From a candidate division WOR-3 bacterium (GTDB lineage: Bacteria > Hydrothermota > Hydrothermia > Hydrothermales > Hydrothermaceae): 61,501 nt of DNA. Both the position numbers and the translations under genes were made by a program. The stretch is taken from the NCBI GenBank assembly GCA_965649125.1, contig CBFGJO010000004.1:1-61501 (forward strand), read 5' to 3'. Numbering within the stretch: position 1 is the stretch's first letter; the number at the start of each line of letters is the position of its first letter. The notes below the pieces were generated by a model. The model ran no database searches, was not told the DNA's origin, and worked only from the letters and a program-made list of their open reading frames with translations. Shown here one piece after another: positions 28,911 to 40,010 of this stretch.

Positions 28911-30202
28911 AAGAAATAGATATAAGGGAGGTTTCAGAGTATATTGGTAAAAGAGTTAAAATAAAGGGCTGGCTTTATAATAAAAGGTCATCGGGTAAAA
29001 TTCATTTTTTACTGATAAGGGATGGAACAGGCTTTATTCAGTGTATAGTTGAAAAGGGAAAAGTGAAAGAAGAAGTTTTTAATATTTACGAAAAAATTTC
29101 ATTAGAAACATCCCTTGAAATAGAAGGAAGTATAAGGGAAGATAAGCGTTCCCCCTTTAGATATGAAATGGATGTTGAAAATATAAATATTCTTACCCTC
29201 ACAAATGATTATCCAATTTCAAAAAAAGAGCACGGTGTTGGCTTTTTACTCCCTTTAAGGCATCTATGGCTCAGGTCAAGAAAACAATGGGCTTTGATGA
29301 GAATAAGGCATACATTAATAAGAGCGATAAGAGATTTTTTTGATAAAAGGGGTTTTATTTTAATAGATGCACCGATTTTAACACCTTCTGCCTGTGAGGG
29401 AACAACAACACTTTTTGAGACCGATTATTTTGGGGAAAAAGCCTATCTTTCCCAATCAGGACAACTTTATATGGAGGCTGCGTGTATGGCTTTTAAAAAG
29501 GTTTACTCGTTTGGTCCAACTTTTAGAGCAGAAAAAAGTAAAACAAGAAGACATTTAATGGAATTCTGGATGGTTGAACCTGAGATTGCCTTTGCCACTT
29601 TGAATGACATAATGGATTTAACTGAAGAATTTGTAGAATATATAGTAGAAAGGGTTCTTGAAGAAAGAGAAGAAGAATTAAAAATACTTGAAAGGGATAT
29701 TACAAAACTTGGAAATATTAAAAGACCTTTTTATAGAATCTCCTATACGGAAGCAGTTCAATTCTTACATAAAAATGGTTTTCCTGATTTTAAATGGGGG
29801 GAAGATTTTGGCGCCCCTCATGAAGTAAAAATTTCAGAAAATTATGATAAGCCTGTTATTGTTCATAGATATCCTAAGGAGGCAAAAGCATTTTATATGA
29901 AAGAAGACCCTGAAAATCCAAAGGTTGTCCTTTGTATGGATATGCTTGCTCCTGAAGGATATGGAGAAATAATAGGAGGTAGCCAAAGGGAAGATGATTA
30001 TGAAAAACTTTTAAAAAGGATGCAAGAATTAAATATGCCAGTTGAAGATTATAAATGGTATCTTGATTTAAGAAAATATGGTTCTGTTCCCCATTCAGGT
30101 TTTGGGCTTGGACTTGAAAGGACAATACAATGGATTGCTGGGTTATATCATATTAGGGAAACAATCCCATTCCCAAGGATGCTTGAAAAAATCTATCCTT
30201 AA
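28907..30202 (+). CDS. asnS: Asparagine--tRNA ligase
   Basis: OB domain RDGTG..Q, LSQSGQLY.E, FRAEKSKTRRHL.EFWM.E.E, EIIGGSQRE, PHSGFGLG.ER. Confidence 0.93.
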   Translation: MKEIDIREVSEYIGKRVKIKGWLYNKRSSGKIHFLLIRDGTGFIQCIVEKGKVKEEVFNIYEKISLETSLEIEGSIREDKRSPFRYEMDVENINILTLTNDYPISKKEHGVGFLLPLRHLWLRSRKQWALMRIRHTLIRAIRDFFDKRGFILIDAPILTPSACEGTTTLFETDYFGEKAYLSQSGQLYMEAACMAFKKVYSFGPTFRAEKSKTRRHLMEFWMVEPEIAFATLNDIMDLTEEFVEYIVERVLEEREEELKILERDITKLGNIKRPFYRISYTEAVQFLHKNGFPDFKWGEDFGAPHEVKISENYDKPVIVHRYPKEAKAFYMKEDPENPKVVLCMDMLAPEGYGEIIGGSQREDDYEKLLKRMQELNMPVEDYKWYLDLRKYGSVPHSGFGLGLERTIQWIAGLYHIRETIPFPRMLEKIYP

Positions 30203-30237
30203 TTTTATAATTAAATACTTAAAAAGGAGGTGAAAAT

Positions 30238-30447
30238 ATGAAAGAAAAGGAATGGGTTATATATCTTGGTAAGGCTGTTCAGAGTTTTATGAATGAATTA
30301 AAAGGGAAATTTCCGGAGGAAGCAGAAGTCCATTTAAAGAATGCAGCAAAGGAGTTTTTGCTTGCATTTAAAACTATTATTGAAAAAAAGATTGAAAAGA
30401 TTGAAAGTAAAAAGGTAAAAAAAGTAACAAAAGTAAAAGTAGAGTGA
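30238..30447 (+). CDS. Hypothetical small protein
   Basis: 69 aa, strong AGGAGGTG RBS, host-like codon usage. Confidence 0.75.
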   Translation: MKEKEWVIYLGKAVQSFMNELKGKFPEEAEVHLKNAAKEFLLAFKTIIEKKIEKIESKKVKKVTKVKVE

Positions 30448-32664
30448 CTAAAATTTTATAATTTTTTGTATCTTCTTATTTTTACCAAATAAAATTTCAA
30501 CAAAATAAATACCCTTTTCTCTGAATGGAATTTTAAGGTCAAGATAAGTTTTTCCTTCTTTTACTTTTCCGTTCCAGAGAACTTTTTTTCTACCAAGAAT
30601 ATCGTAGACATTTATCTTTAAGAAATCTTCATAGGGTATTGAAAGTTCAATTTTAATATTTTCTTTAAATAAAGAAGGAAGTTTCAAAAATTCTCTTTCA
30701 TATCCATAAACTTCAGAAACAGATATATCTTTACTTACATAAAATCCTCTCCCAATTTGATATATAAAAACTCCATCATTTCCAGCCAGAATTCCCACTC
30801 CATATATAAATGGAAGGGTATCAATGTAAAAGTTATTTCCACCATCATTTGAATAAAAAACTACTTGGATAGAATCTGATAACATTGAAAGAACATAAAG
30901 TATTCCATTTGGTGATACAGAATGGTCAAGAACAATACCCAAATTTGTTAAAGGTGTTAAATTCTGTGTTTCAACTTCATATCTCCAGAGTGTATCCCCA
31001 TATCCTGAATAGAGTATATTTCTTGTTTCATCATAAGAAATGGAAGTTCCTCTTGTAATTGAAGGTATTCCTGACCAGTTTTCACCTTTATTATAACTCA
31101 CAAAACAGTTTGCTTCAGTTGAAGCAAAAGCTGTATCAAGTCCTTCAAAATAATAAAAATTATTTTCATTTGAGAACACAGGTGATAAATTTTTACCTTT
31201 TTCTATTGAACGATAAATAAGACAAGGGAATGTGTCATTATTCATTGCAAGAACTATTGAATCACTTTTTAAAATATGTAAATCATAGGATAAAAAAGTT
31301 GAATCAACAGGCTCCCATGAGGCACCACCATTAAAACTTCTAAAAATAGTAAAGGCACGCGGGTAAGTGGCTCCCCAGATTATATCGATCGCAGAAGCAA
31401 TCAAAAAAGAAGGGTTTATAGGTGAATAATCAATACTTAATCCCCCAGCCAAAAAATTTTTAATTATGTTCCAGTTTATTCCATAATCTTGTGTTTTATA
31501 AAGAGCACCACCTATATTTATGAAATAAAAATCATTTTGATATATTCTTGAGATATTCCCCTTTGAAAAAAGAGTATGTGCATAAAGTCCTGTATTTGAA
31601 AAATTCCATGTATTTCCCCCATCTATACTTTTTAAAACTCCTATGCCAAATGTTCCTGCAAGAAAGTGTACTCCATTCGTAATTTCTTTTTGTATATTGA
31701 CGCATATTTTTCTTCCTTCAACCCTTGTAAAATCCCAGATTCCTCCAGTTTTTACTCCTTTAAATATTCCAGGATTTAATATAGAGGAAACTAAAATGGT
31801 ATTAAGATTTAGAAATTCAACATCGTATGGAATAATGAGTGTATCAAGGAATGCACTAAATACCTGTTGCCATGGACCTCCATAATTTGTTGCCTCAAAT
31901 AGCCCATTTGTTGTTGTTATAAAGGAATGAGCAGCATTTCCATATGATATTTCAAAGTCAAATGTTTCTCCTCCTGATACTATTGTATCAAGAGGGCTCC
32001 ATGTAATCCCCCCATCATTTGAACCATAAATTATACTCAATGTATCAATATTACCTATTGCCCTTACATTATCTGGGGAATTTATAAGATGAGCAATATT
32101 TGTGATCCATATATTTGTGTCAGGAAAATAGCCACGAATTTGCCAGGTAAGCCCTTTATCAACGCTTCTCCATACCCTTGGAGGAAAATAATCAACTGCA
32201 TAAATTACTGTATCAGGCTGTTCAGCACTTATTGCACTAAATCCTTCAAAATAATGAACTATATTCCATGTATTTCCTTTATCCTCTGTTCTATAAACTG
32301 CATCATTAATCACAAATAATGCAATTGAATCAGAAATTATCAATGCATCACCTCCTTCACCTGGAAAGGAATATTCAAATTGTGGTACTAAATGCCATGA
32401 ATCTCCAAAATCGTATGATTCCCACAAATCAGTAAAGGACAATGCAAGAACCCAGTTAGTTTCCGGATTTCCACGAAGAATGACTATCTCTCCCCCTTCA
32501 GGTCCTACAAACTGCCAGGAAGCATTTTCTATATATTTATTTTTAAATTTTGGTAATTTTTCAATTTTCTTTACAATTTCCTTTTTCATTTCTTCAAAAT
32601 TTTTCATAATTTCTCCACCTGGATTCAGAAGTATTCCTATCATCATTATTTTTATTATTCCCAT
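30448..32664 (-). CDS. BNR/Asp-box beta-propeller protein with T9SS-type C-terminal domain
   Basis: Many S/T-x-D-x-G-x-T/S-W boxes; C-terminus INVYDILGRK...KGIYFVEI...KIIKF. Confidence 0.85.
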   Translation of the reverse strand: MGIIKIMMIGILLNPGGEIMKNFEEMKKEIVKKIEKLPKFKNKYIENASWQFVGPEGGEIVILRGNPETNWVLALSFTDLWESYDFGDSWHLVPQFEYSFPGEGGDALIISDSIALFVINDAVYRTEDKGNTWNIVHYFEGFSAISAEQPDTVIYAVDYFPPRVWRSVDKGLTWQIRGYFPDTNIWITNIAHLINSPDNVRAIGNIDTLSIIYGSNDGGITWSPLDTIVSGGETFDFEISYGNAAHSFITTTNGLFEATNYGGPWQQVFSAFLDTLIIPYDVEFLNLNTILVSSILNPGIFKGVKTGGIWDFTRVEGRKICVNIQKEITNGVHFLAGTFGIGVLKSIDGGNTWNFSNTGLYAHTLFSKGNISRIYQNDFYFINIGGALYKTQDYGINWNIIKNFLAGGLSIDYSPINPSFLIASAIDIIWGATYPRAFTIFRSFNGGASWEPVDSTFLSYDLHILKSDSIVLAMNNDTFPCLIYRSIEKGKNLSPVFSNENNFYYFEGLDTAFASTEANCFVSYNKGENWSGIPSITRGTSISYDETRNILYSGYGDTLWRYEVETQNLTPLTNLGIVLDHSVSPNGILYVLSMLSDSIQVVFYSNDGGNNFYIDTLPFIYGVGILAGNDGVFIYQIGRGFYVSKDISVSEVYGYEREFLKLPSLFKENIKIELSIPYEDFLKINVYDILGRKKVLWNGKVKEGKTYLDLKIPFREKGIYFVEILFGKNKKIQKIIKF

Positions 32665-34430
32665 ATTTCACCTCCTTTTAATTTTAATATCTTTTTATTT
32701 TCTCCATTAAAATTTAAAAAATAAATTCCTGTTTTATTATAAAGGTTTGTCCTTCTTCCTGCCAAATCAAAAATTTGAATTTTATTTGAATTTTTGAAAG
32801 AAGGCATAAATTTTTTCTCACTGATTTTTGTTAAAACCATTCTTGCAAACCATGCATCATCAGTTGAATTATCGGATGCAGGATGGCACCATGCAACTGC
32901 AACAAGTCCGCTTTTTACATGGATTGCATTATAATCCCCAATAAAAGTTTGCCACACAGGAGGCTTTGTATAATCATTTACTTTCAAACTTTGAGAAAAG
33001 GTTGTTCCATAATTTTCTGAATATGCATAATAAACATCAAGGTTATACCCACCTGCTCTTGTATCATACCATATTACATGGATTTTTCCATTTTCATCAC
33101 AGGATATCCATGGAAAAAATTGATGAGCTTGAGTTACATCATTTACCCTTATAGGTGTTGTAAAACTTGTCCCTCCATTTGTTGATTTTGTGAAATAAAT
33201 ATCCCAATTTGTCCTTGCAGGATCAGTTGATTGATAGATAATGTAAATATATCCTGTATTCATATCAATATCCATTGAAGGGATTGCATAACATCTCCAT
33301 GGTAAAAGAGCCTGGCTATCATAAAGGTCAGCAACATGAACTTTTGGCAAAAATGTGCTGCCCCCGTCTATTGATTTTCTAATCCATATCCCGTAGTCAT
33401 ATTGTGAATTCTGAGGGTTATCAAGCCCCCACATAACATATATTTCTCCACTAGGTCCTTTTTTTGGCATTGAACCATTCCCGGATGTATTTATCAAAAC
33501 AGGTGAAGAAAAGGATAAACCACCATTTGTTGATTTTCTGAAATAAACATAAAATCCAAAACCACCCGCATATGTTAAAAGGATTGTATCATTATAAGCA
33601 GTTATCCATGGCTTGTCATCAAAATATAGGTCGTTTGTCACATTTACTGAATCAGTCCATGTAACTCCACCATCTGGCGAAATTAAAAGACCTATATCTC
33701 CTCTCCAGGTCTGTCTATTAAATGTTATAAAAGCAAAATATAAGGTATCTCCCTTACCCCATGATAGAACCGGGTCTCCTTGTTCAGGATACCATAATCC
33801 ATTAGCAGGAAGCTGGTTTGCTGACCATGTTTTTCCTGAATCAATAGAATATGACATTCCAACAGTTACACCTGAAATTCCCCTATAATCATTCCATCCA
33901 GCTGCAATTTTTGAACCATTTATTACACAGGTAAGTTCATTTTGATGTTTTCCATCCGGTGGGGTTATTAGATCTATATTTTGTTCAAAAGGTGGAGATT
34001 GAACCCCGCTTTGAAATTCTATTTTTTCTTTTAATTTTTTAAAATAACTTTCATTTTTTATTCCTTCAAATATTTCCCTTTCCAGTTTTCCACTTGATTT
34101 TCTTTCTTCATAAATTGGTGGTATAAATATTTTATCTGGATAACCAAGAACCTTTATATATGAATTAATCTCTAAAAGGGTGCTCTCTTTCTTTTCTTTT
34201 AATTTTATTTTAATTTCAAATAAAAGTTCTTTCCATATTTTCTTTACTATTTTATCACAATCTTCAAGAAGTATATATTCTTCTACATTTTTTTCTATTT
34301 TTCCTTTTAAAATGTATGTTTCTCCTTTTTTCTCGGCATAGAAATTTTTAAGAAGAGTTTCTTCTATTTTCCCTTTTTCTGTTTTCAAAGAAAACATTAT
34401 CCCCCATATTGTAATAAATAATATTTTCAT
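32655..34430 (-). CDS. Sialidase-like (Asp-box) protein with short T9SS-type C-terminal tail
   Basis: SIDSGKTW, SPDGGVTW, DKPWI, STNGG.SF, QFFPW, WYDTR, GDYN; tail IFDLAGRR...TGIYFL. Confidence 0.8.
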   Translation of the reverse strand: MKILFITIWGIMFSLKTEKGKIEETLLKNFYAEKKGETYILKGKIEKNVEEYILLEDCDKIVKKIWKELLFEIKIKLKEKKESTLLEINSYIKVLGYPDKIFIPPIYEERKSSGKLEREIFEGIKNESYFKKLKEKIEFQSGVQSPPFEQNIDLITPPDGKHQNELTCVINGSKIAAGWNDYRGISGVTVGMSYSIDSGKTWSANQLPANGLWYPEQGDPVLSWGKGDTLYFAFITFNRQTWRGDIGLLISPDGGVTWTDSVNVTNDLYFDDKPWITAYNDTILLTYAGGFGFYVYFRKSTNGGLSFSSPVLINTSGNGSMPKKGPSGEIYVMWGLDNPQNSQYDYGIWIRKSIDGGSTFLPKVHVADLYDSQALLPWRCYAIPSMDIDMNTGYIYIIYQSTDPARTNWDIYFTKSTNGGTSFTTPIRVNDVTQAHQFFPWISCDENGKIHVIWYDTRAGGYNLDVYYAYSENYGTTFSQSLKVNDYTKPPVWQTFIGDYNAIHVKSGLVAVAWCHPASDNSTDDAWFARMVLTKISEKKFMPSFKNSNKIQIFDLAGRRTNLYNKTGIYFLNFNGENKKILKLKGGEIWE

Positions 34431-34543
34431 TTTTTTCTCCTTTAGAAAATTTCAATTATATAGTTTTTAATAAACAAAATCAAGTTTAAATTACATTTTT
34501 CTGTAAAATTACTTTATAATTTTTATCAAAATAGGAGGTTTTT

Positions 34544-36214
34544 ATGAAATTTTTTATTCTTTTGTTTCTCATAAATGATGGGAAAATAGTAAGGGATGAA
34601 AAATTGCTTCCTAAGTTTATGACAGATGAAGAAATTTTAAGAATTGAAGAAATCGGTAAATATCTTCCAAAAGGTCCTCCACCTTCTTTTCCTGTAAGAA
34701 CTCATGCAGAATATGAAAAGGTTCAATGTGTTTTCTTTAGATGGCCTTATTCTTCATCATGGAATTATATATGGAGGGAGATGATAAGAGAAGTCTGTGA
34801 AGTTACAAAAGCATATATCATAACTGCTTATGCTTCGGATACGAGTTCAATAAAAAATTACTTACAGCAGGGTGGTGTTAATATTGATTCAGTGAGATTT
34901 TTTATTGTTTCAACAAACTCGGTATGGATAAGGGATTATGGTCCATGGAGTATTTATGTTGAAAATGGTCCGCTTTCAATAATTGATTTTATTTATAATA
35001 GACCAAGGCCTCAAGATGATTCTTTTCCTTCACGATTGGGACAAGCATGGAATATTCCTGTTTATTTACCTAACCTTGTGCATGCAGGTGGAAACTTTAT
35101 GGTTGATGGAAATGGTGTTGGATTTGCAACAGAATTGATTTATCAGGAGAATAATTTGACTCCTTCACAGATTGCCCAGATTATGAAAGATTACCTGGGT
35201 ATTGAGAAGTTTGTTGTTGTTCCGCGAATTTTATATGAATATACAGGACACATAGATATTTTTGCAAAGATTTTAAATGATACTCTTGTGATGGTTGGAA
35301 AATATGATGACCCCAATGACCCTAATTATGCAAGACTTAACCAGATTGCCGACTCAATTTCTCATGTTCAGAACATAGATGGTAAATATTTTAAAGTTGT
35401 AAGAATTATAATGCCCGAATCTTTTTCTCCTTCCCATACTACAGGTGCGACTTATTTAAATTCCCTTTTTGTAAATAATAAAGTTCTTGTTCCAATATAC
35501 GGTTTGCCACAGGATCCACAGGCACTCCAAGTCTATCAAGAGGTACTCCCTGATTATGAAGTGATAGAAATAAATTGTTCTGCAATGCTCGGGTCTGGTG
35601 GTGCAATTCATTGTGTTACGATGGGTTTTGCCCCTAAGGATTTTTCACCACCCCAGATAATTCATACTCCCTTACAGGATACCTCAATTTCTTATTGGCC
35701 ACTTACTGTTTACGCAGGGGTTTTTGACAATTTAAAAATTTATAGAGTTTATTTGATATACAATATAAATCATCAGGATTCAACTATGTTAAGAATGTTT
35801 AAAATAGAAGGTACTGATAGTTTTTATAGAGAATTTCAAGGTAATGTAAATGTTGGTGATTCTATTTTTTATAGAATTTTAGCAATAGATGGTGCTTTCA
35901 ATAAAACTTATCTTCCGCAAAACGGATATTTTACCTTTGAAATAAAGCCCGAAACTCAAATTTCGGAGAAGATAAAAGATAATACAATAAGAGTTTATTT
36001 TTCGAATAAAATTTTGTTTATATCTTCAAATAATGAAGAATATTTAAATTTATCTCTCTACGATATCTCTGGAAGAAATCTCTTGAGTTTTAATATTTTG
36101 ATTAGAAAAGGGATTGAAAAGATTAATCTTTCTAATTTAAAAAGTGGAACCTATTTTTTAAAATTGAAGTCAAAAAATTATGATGAAAAATTTAAACTTT
36201 TAAACTTAAAGTGA
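34544..36214 (+). CDS. Secreted agmatine/peptidylarginine deiminase family protein with T9SS-type C-terminal domain
   Basis: WIRDYGP, GGN.MVDG.G, TGHID, TYLN, GGAIHC catalytic motifs; tail LYDISGR...LKSGTYFLKL. Confidence 0.88.
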   Translation: MKFFILLFLINDGKIVRDEKLLPKFMTDEEILRIEEIGKYLPKGPPPSFPVRTHAEYEKVQCVFFRWPYSSSWNYIWREMIREVCEVTKAYIITAYASDTSSIKNYLQQGGVNIDSVRFFIVSTNSVWIRDYGPWSIYVENGPLSIIDFIYNRPRPQDDSFPSRLGQAWNIPVYLPNLVHAGGNFMVDGNGVGFATELIYQENNLTPSQIAQIMKDYLGIEKFVVVPRILYEYTGHIDIFAKILNDTLVMVGKYDDPNDPNYARLNQIADSISHVQNIDGKYFKVVRIIMPESFSPSHTTGATYLNSLFVNNKVLVPIYGLPQDPQALQVYQEVLPDYEVIEINCSAMLGSGGAIHCVTMGFAPKDFSPPQIIHTPLQDTSISYWPLTVYAGVFDNLKIYRVYLIYNINHQDSTMLRMFKIEGTDSFYREFQGNVNVGDSIFYRILAIDGAFNKTYLPQNGYFTFEIKPETQISEKIKDNTIRVYFSNKILFISSNNEEYLNLSLYDISGRNLLSFNILIRKGIEKINLSNLKSGTYFLKLKSKNYDEKFKLLNLK

Positions 36215-37029
36215 AAATATTTATTTCAATTGATATAGAAGGAATTCCAGGGGTTGTTTCTCTTGAGCATGTAAGAAAGGAAGGTAAGGATTATGAGAGA
36301 GCAAGGAAATGGATGACGGATCACCTTTTGCTTGTTATAAATTCTTTAAAAGAAATTGGCGTGAATGAAATAATCGTGAATGATTCCCATGGTGAAATGA
36401 CAAATATCTTGCTTGATGAAATTCCTGAAGATGTAAGGGTTATAACAGGACATTTGAAAAAACTTTCAATGCTTGAAGGAGTTGAAGGATGTGATGTAGC
36501 GATATTTTTAGGTTATCACTCAAGAGCAGGAAGTTTTGGTGTGATGGATCATACTTATTTTGGAAGAGTTGTTTATGAAGTTAGAATAAATAATATTCCC
36601 TATGGTGAATTTGGAATAAATGCGTTTGTTGCAGGTAATTTTGATGTCCCTGTAATCCTTTTAAGTGGAGACGATGAAGTTATTAAAGAGGCAAAATCTT
36701 TAATTCCAGAAATTGAATTTATTTTAACAAAGAAAAGGAAGAGCAGGTTTTCAGCAATGCATTTTTCTTTCAAGGATATTGAAAAGGAAATAAAATCAAA
36801 AGTTCCAAAGGCGATAGAGAAATTTAAAAATAAAATAATTAAGCCTTTAAAAATTAATGATATAGAAATTGAAGTTGATTTTATAAATACTGCAATGGCT
36901 GATATTGCAGAAATTATGCCAAAAACAAAAAGGGTTTCACCAAGAACTGTTTCCTACCATTCAAATAACATGGTTGAAATCTATATGGCTTTGAGAACAT
37001 GGATTAACTTAGCAAGTACCATTCTTTAA
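36211..37029 (+). CDS. dppA: D-aminopeptidase DppA (M55 family)
   Basis: SIDIEG, VNDSHG.M.N, GYHSRAG, HTY, GE...NA, SGDD. Confidence 0.92.
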   Translation: MKIFISIDIEGIPGVVSLEHVRKEGKDYERARKWMTDHLLLVINSLKEIGVNEIIVNDSHGEMTNILLDEIPEDVRVITGHLKKLSMLEGVEGCDVAIFLGYHSRAGSFGVMDHTYFGRVVYEVRINNIPYGEFGINAFVAGNFDVPVILLSGDDEVIKEAKSLIPEIEFILTKKRKSRFSAMHFSFKDIEKEIKSKVPKAIEKFKNKIIKPLKINDIEIEVDFINTAMADIAEIMPKTKRVSPRTVSYHSNNMVEIYMALRTWINLASTIL

Positions 37030-37065
37030 TTGAAGAATATCTAATTTTTTCTATATAATATAAAA

Positions 37066-37920
37066 ATGTATTTTCAAGATGTGATCTTAAAACTTATAGA
37101 ATTCTGGAAAAAAAGGGGGTGTTTAGTTTTCCAGCCCTATAATTCCGAAGTTGGTGCAGGAACATTTAATCCCGCAACATTTTTAAGATGTTTAGGTCCT
37201 TATCCATGGAGATGTGTATATGTTGAGCCGTCAAAAAGACCAAAAGATGCAAGATATGCCCAAAATCCAAACAGAGTTTGTCAATATTATCAATTACAGG
37301 TTGTTCTTAAGCCACCACCTAATGATATTCAGGAGATTTATCTTGAAAGTTTAAAGGCGCTCGGGATTGAACCATCTTCCCATGATATAAGGTTTGTTGA
37401 AGATAACTGGGAATCACCCACGCTTGGTGCATGGGGGGTTGGATGGGAGGTATGGCTTGATGGTCAGGAGATAACTCAGTTCACATATTTCCAGCAGATG
37501 GGTGGATTTGATTTGAATCCTATAACATGTGAAATCACTTATGGACTTGAAAGGATAACAATGTATCTTCAAAATAAGGATTCCATATTTGATATTGAAT
37601 GGGCAAAGGGGATTACCTGGGGAGATATTTATAAGGAGAATGAGGAAGAATTTTCAGAATTTTACTATGAAATTGCAAATGTTGATTTTTATCTTTATGA
37701 ATTTTCAAAAATAATAGAAGAAACAGAAATCTTAATAGAGAAAAAACTTTTATATCCTGCTTATCATAATGTTATCAAACTTTCTCATATTTTCAATGTC
37801 CTTGATGCAAGAGGCGCATTTTCACCAAAGGAAAGAAATTTAAAGATTCTGAAAATAAGGGAGTATGCAAAAAGATGCGCAGGGATTTACCTTGAAAGAA
37901 TTGGAGTCCTTTCCAGATGA
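37066..37920 (+). CDS. glyQ: Glycine--tRNA ligase alpha subunit
   Basis: [49 protein letters not shown]. Confidence 0.98.
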   Translation: MYFQDVILKLIEFWKKRGCLVFQPYNSEVGAGTFNPATFLRCLGPYPWRCVYVEPSKRPKDARYAQNPNRVCQYYQLQVVLKPPPNDIQEIYLESLKALGIEPSSHDIRFVEDNWESPTLGAWGVGWEVWLDGQEITQFTYFQQMGGFDLNPITCEITYGLERITMYLQNKDSIFDIEWAKGITWGDIYKENEEEFSEFYYEIANVDFYLYEFSKIIEETEILIEKKLLYPAYHNVIKLSHIFNVLDARGAFSPKERNLKILKIREYAKRCAGIYLERIGVLSR

Positions 37921-40010
37921 AAAATTTTCTTCTTGAAATAGGGGTAGAGGAACTCCCTCCTTTTTTAGTTAAAGAAGGTGAAGAGGTTATAAGGGAAAGT
38001 TTTTTAAAGTTTCTTGAAGAGAATTTGATTGATTTTTTTGAAATTAAACTTTTTTCTACTCCAAGGAGATGGGCAATAAAAGCAAAGATTTCTGAAAAAC
38101 AAAAAGAAATTGAAGAGATAGTTATAGGTCCACCAAAAAATATAAGCGTTGATGAAAATGGGAACTTTTTAATGCCAGCAATTAAATTTGCTGAAAGCAA
38201 GGGAAAGAAAAAAGAAGATTTATTTATACTTAAAAAGGAAAAAGGTGAATATGTCGCAGTTAAAATAAAAAAGGGTGGTGAAAATGTTAAAAAAATACTT
38301 CTTTTAAAATTGGGGGAATTTATAACTTCTTTGAAATTTCCTTTAATGATGAATTTCGGAAAATCATTTTTATTTCCAAGACCTATTAGATGGATACTCT
38401 GTCTTTTTGATGGCAAAATTTTAAAATTTGAACTGGATGGAATAAAATCGGGTAATAAAACGAAAGGTAATAGACTTTCAGGTGATAAATGGATAAAAAT
38501 AAATAGTGAGGAAGATTATGAAAAGGTTTTGAAAGAAAATTTTGTTTATCCTGATTTTGAGGAAAGAAAAAGAATAATTCTTGAAAAGGCAAGTGAACTA
38601 TCTTGTGAAAAAATGGGTATTTTATTTTATGATGAAAAGTTACTTGATGAAATTACTGGCCTGGTTGAATATCCTGGTGTTTTGATAGGAAAATTCCCCG
38701 AAAAGTATCTTGAATTACCCGAGGATTTTATAATAACTGCAATGAGGGTGCATCAGAGATACTTTGCGATAAAAGATAAAAATGGCAAAATCCTTCCATA
38801 TTTTATTACATGCATAAACAATGATGAGAAAAAGGTAAAAAATATTATAGAGAATTTTGAAAAGGTTTTGATTGCAAGACTTGAAGACGCTGAATTTTAT
38901 ATGAAAGAAGATTTGAAAATTCCTCTTGAAAAAAGACTTAATGCTTTAAAGGATATTTACTGGGATGAAGAACTCGGTAGTGTTTATGATAAAGTTTTAA
39001 GGATAAAGAAATTTTTTGAAAGAATCTCTTTTGAAGATATTGATAGAAAAATAGTTGAAAGGGCAATAATTCTTTCAAGAACTGATTTAACAACAGAAAT
39101 GATAAAGGATGGAAAAGAATTTACCCTTTTAGAAGGGGTTGTTGCTTCAGAATATGCAAAAAGACAAGGAGAAGATGAAAAAGTTGTTAAGATTTTAAGG
39201 GAATTTTTGAAACCGAAAAGTTCTGAAGATTCTTTACCTGAGCTCAAAGAATCCGCAATTTTAGGAATCATTGACAGGTGGGATTCTTTTATAGGCTATT
39301 TTTTAAAAGGGTATAGACCAACAGGTTCAAAGGATCCGCTTGGTTTAAAGAAAATACTTTATGGATTTTTTGACATTTTAATCCATTTTAAATTAAAATT
39401 TTCTGTAAATGAATGGATAGAAGAAATGGTTGAGATTTATAATAAAAAGTTAGATTTGAAAGAGATTTCAAAATATTTATTTGAGAGATATGATACATAC
39501 CTTGAAGAAAAAAGAAATATAAGATACGATATAGCAGATGCTGTTATCTCAACCGGTGATGATAATCTTTACAGGATTTATCTTAAAGCCCATTTTTTAA
39601 ATGAATACTATAAAAAGGATAAAAAAACATTCCTTGATGTTGTTATAGGACAGAAAAGGGTAAGGAATATACTTGAGGACGAAAAAATAGATTTTCCTTT
39701 AAACCCTTCACTTTTTGAAAAAGAAGAGGAGAAAATTCTTTTCAATAAAATGCAGGAAATAAAGGATGAATATATAAAAAGTATAAAAGATGAAAGATTT
39801 GGGGATTCAATATTTTATCTTTTTTCATTAAAACCATATATTGATAAATTTTTTGATAATGTGTTCGTTATGACAGAGAACACTCAAATAAGAAAAAACA
39901 GGTTATCCCTTTTGGAAGAATTAAAGAAATTATTTGAAGAATATGCTGATTTTTCAAAAATTTCTGTGAGTACAAAAGAAATTGAAGAAATTAAAAAGGA
40001 GGAAAGATGA
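37917..40010 (+). CDS. glyS: Glycine--tRNA ligase beta subunit
   Basis: [46 protein letters not shown]...NRL. Confidence 0.96.
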   Translation: MKNFLLEIGVEELPPFLVKEGEEVIRESFLKFLEENLIDFFEIKLFSTPRRWAIKAKISEKQKEIEEIVIGPPKNISVDENGNFLMPAIKFAESKGKKKEDLFILKKEKGEYVAVKIKKGGENVKKILLLKLGEFITSLKFPLMMNFGKSFLFPRPIRWILCLFDGKILKFELDGIKSGNKTKGNRLSGDKWIKINSEEDYEKVLKENFVYPDFEERKRIILEKASELSCEKMGILFYDEKLLDEITGLVEYPGVLIGKFPEKYLELPEDFIITAMRVHQRYFAIKDKNGKILPYFITCINNDEKKVKNIIENFEKVLIARLEDAEFYMKEDLKIPLEKRLNALKDIYWDEELGSVYDKVLRIKKFFERISFEDIDRKIVERAIILSRTDLTTEMIKDGKEFTLLEGVVASEYAKRQGEDEKVVKILREFLKPKSSEDSLPELKESAILGIIDRWDSFIGYFLKGYRPTGSKDPLGLKKILYGFFDILIHFKLKFSVNEWIEEMVEIYNKKLDLKEISKYLFERYDTYLEEKRNIRYDIADAVISTGDDNLYRIYLKAHFLNEYYKKDKKTFLDVVIGQKRVRNILEDEKIDFPLNPSLFEKEEEKILFNKMQEIKDEYIKSIKDERFGDSIFYLFSLKPYIDKFFDNVFVMTENTQIRKNRLSLLEELKKLFEEYADFSKISVSTKEIEEIKKEER

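Noticed and set aside
37793-38416. 207-aa antisense ORF (likewise 13547..14143 and other short antisense ORFs)
   Set aside because: These lie opposite well-supported genes, and their F/S/L/I-rich composition is the mirror of the sense codon bias.
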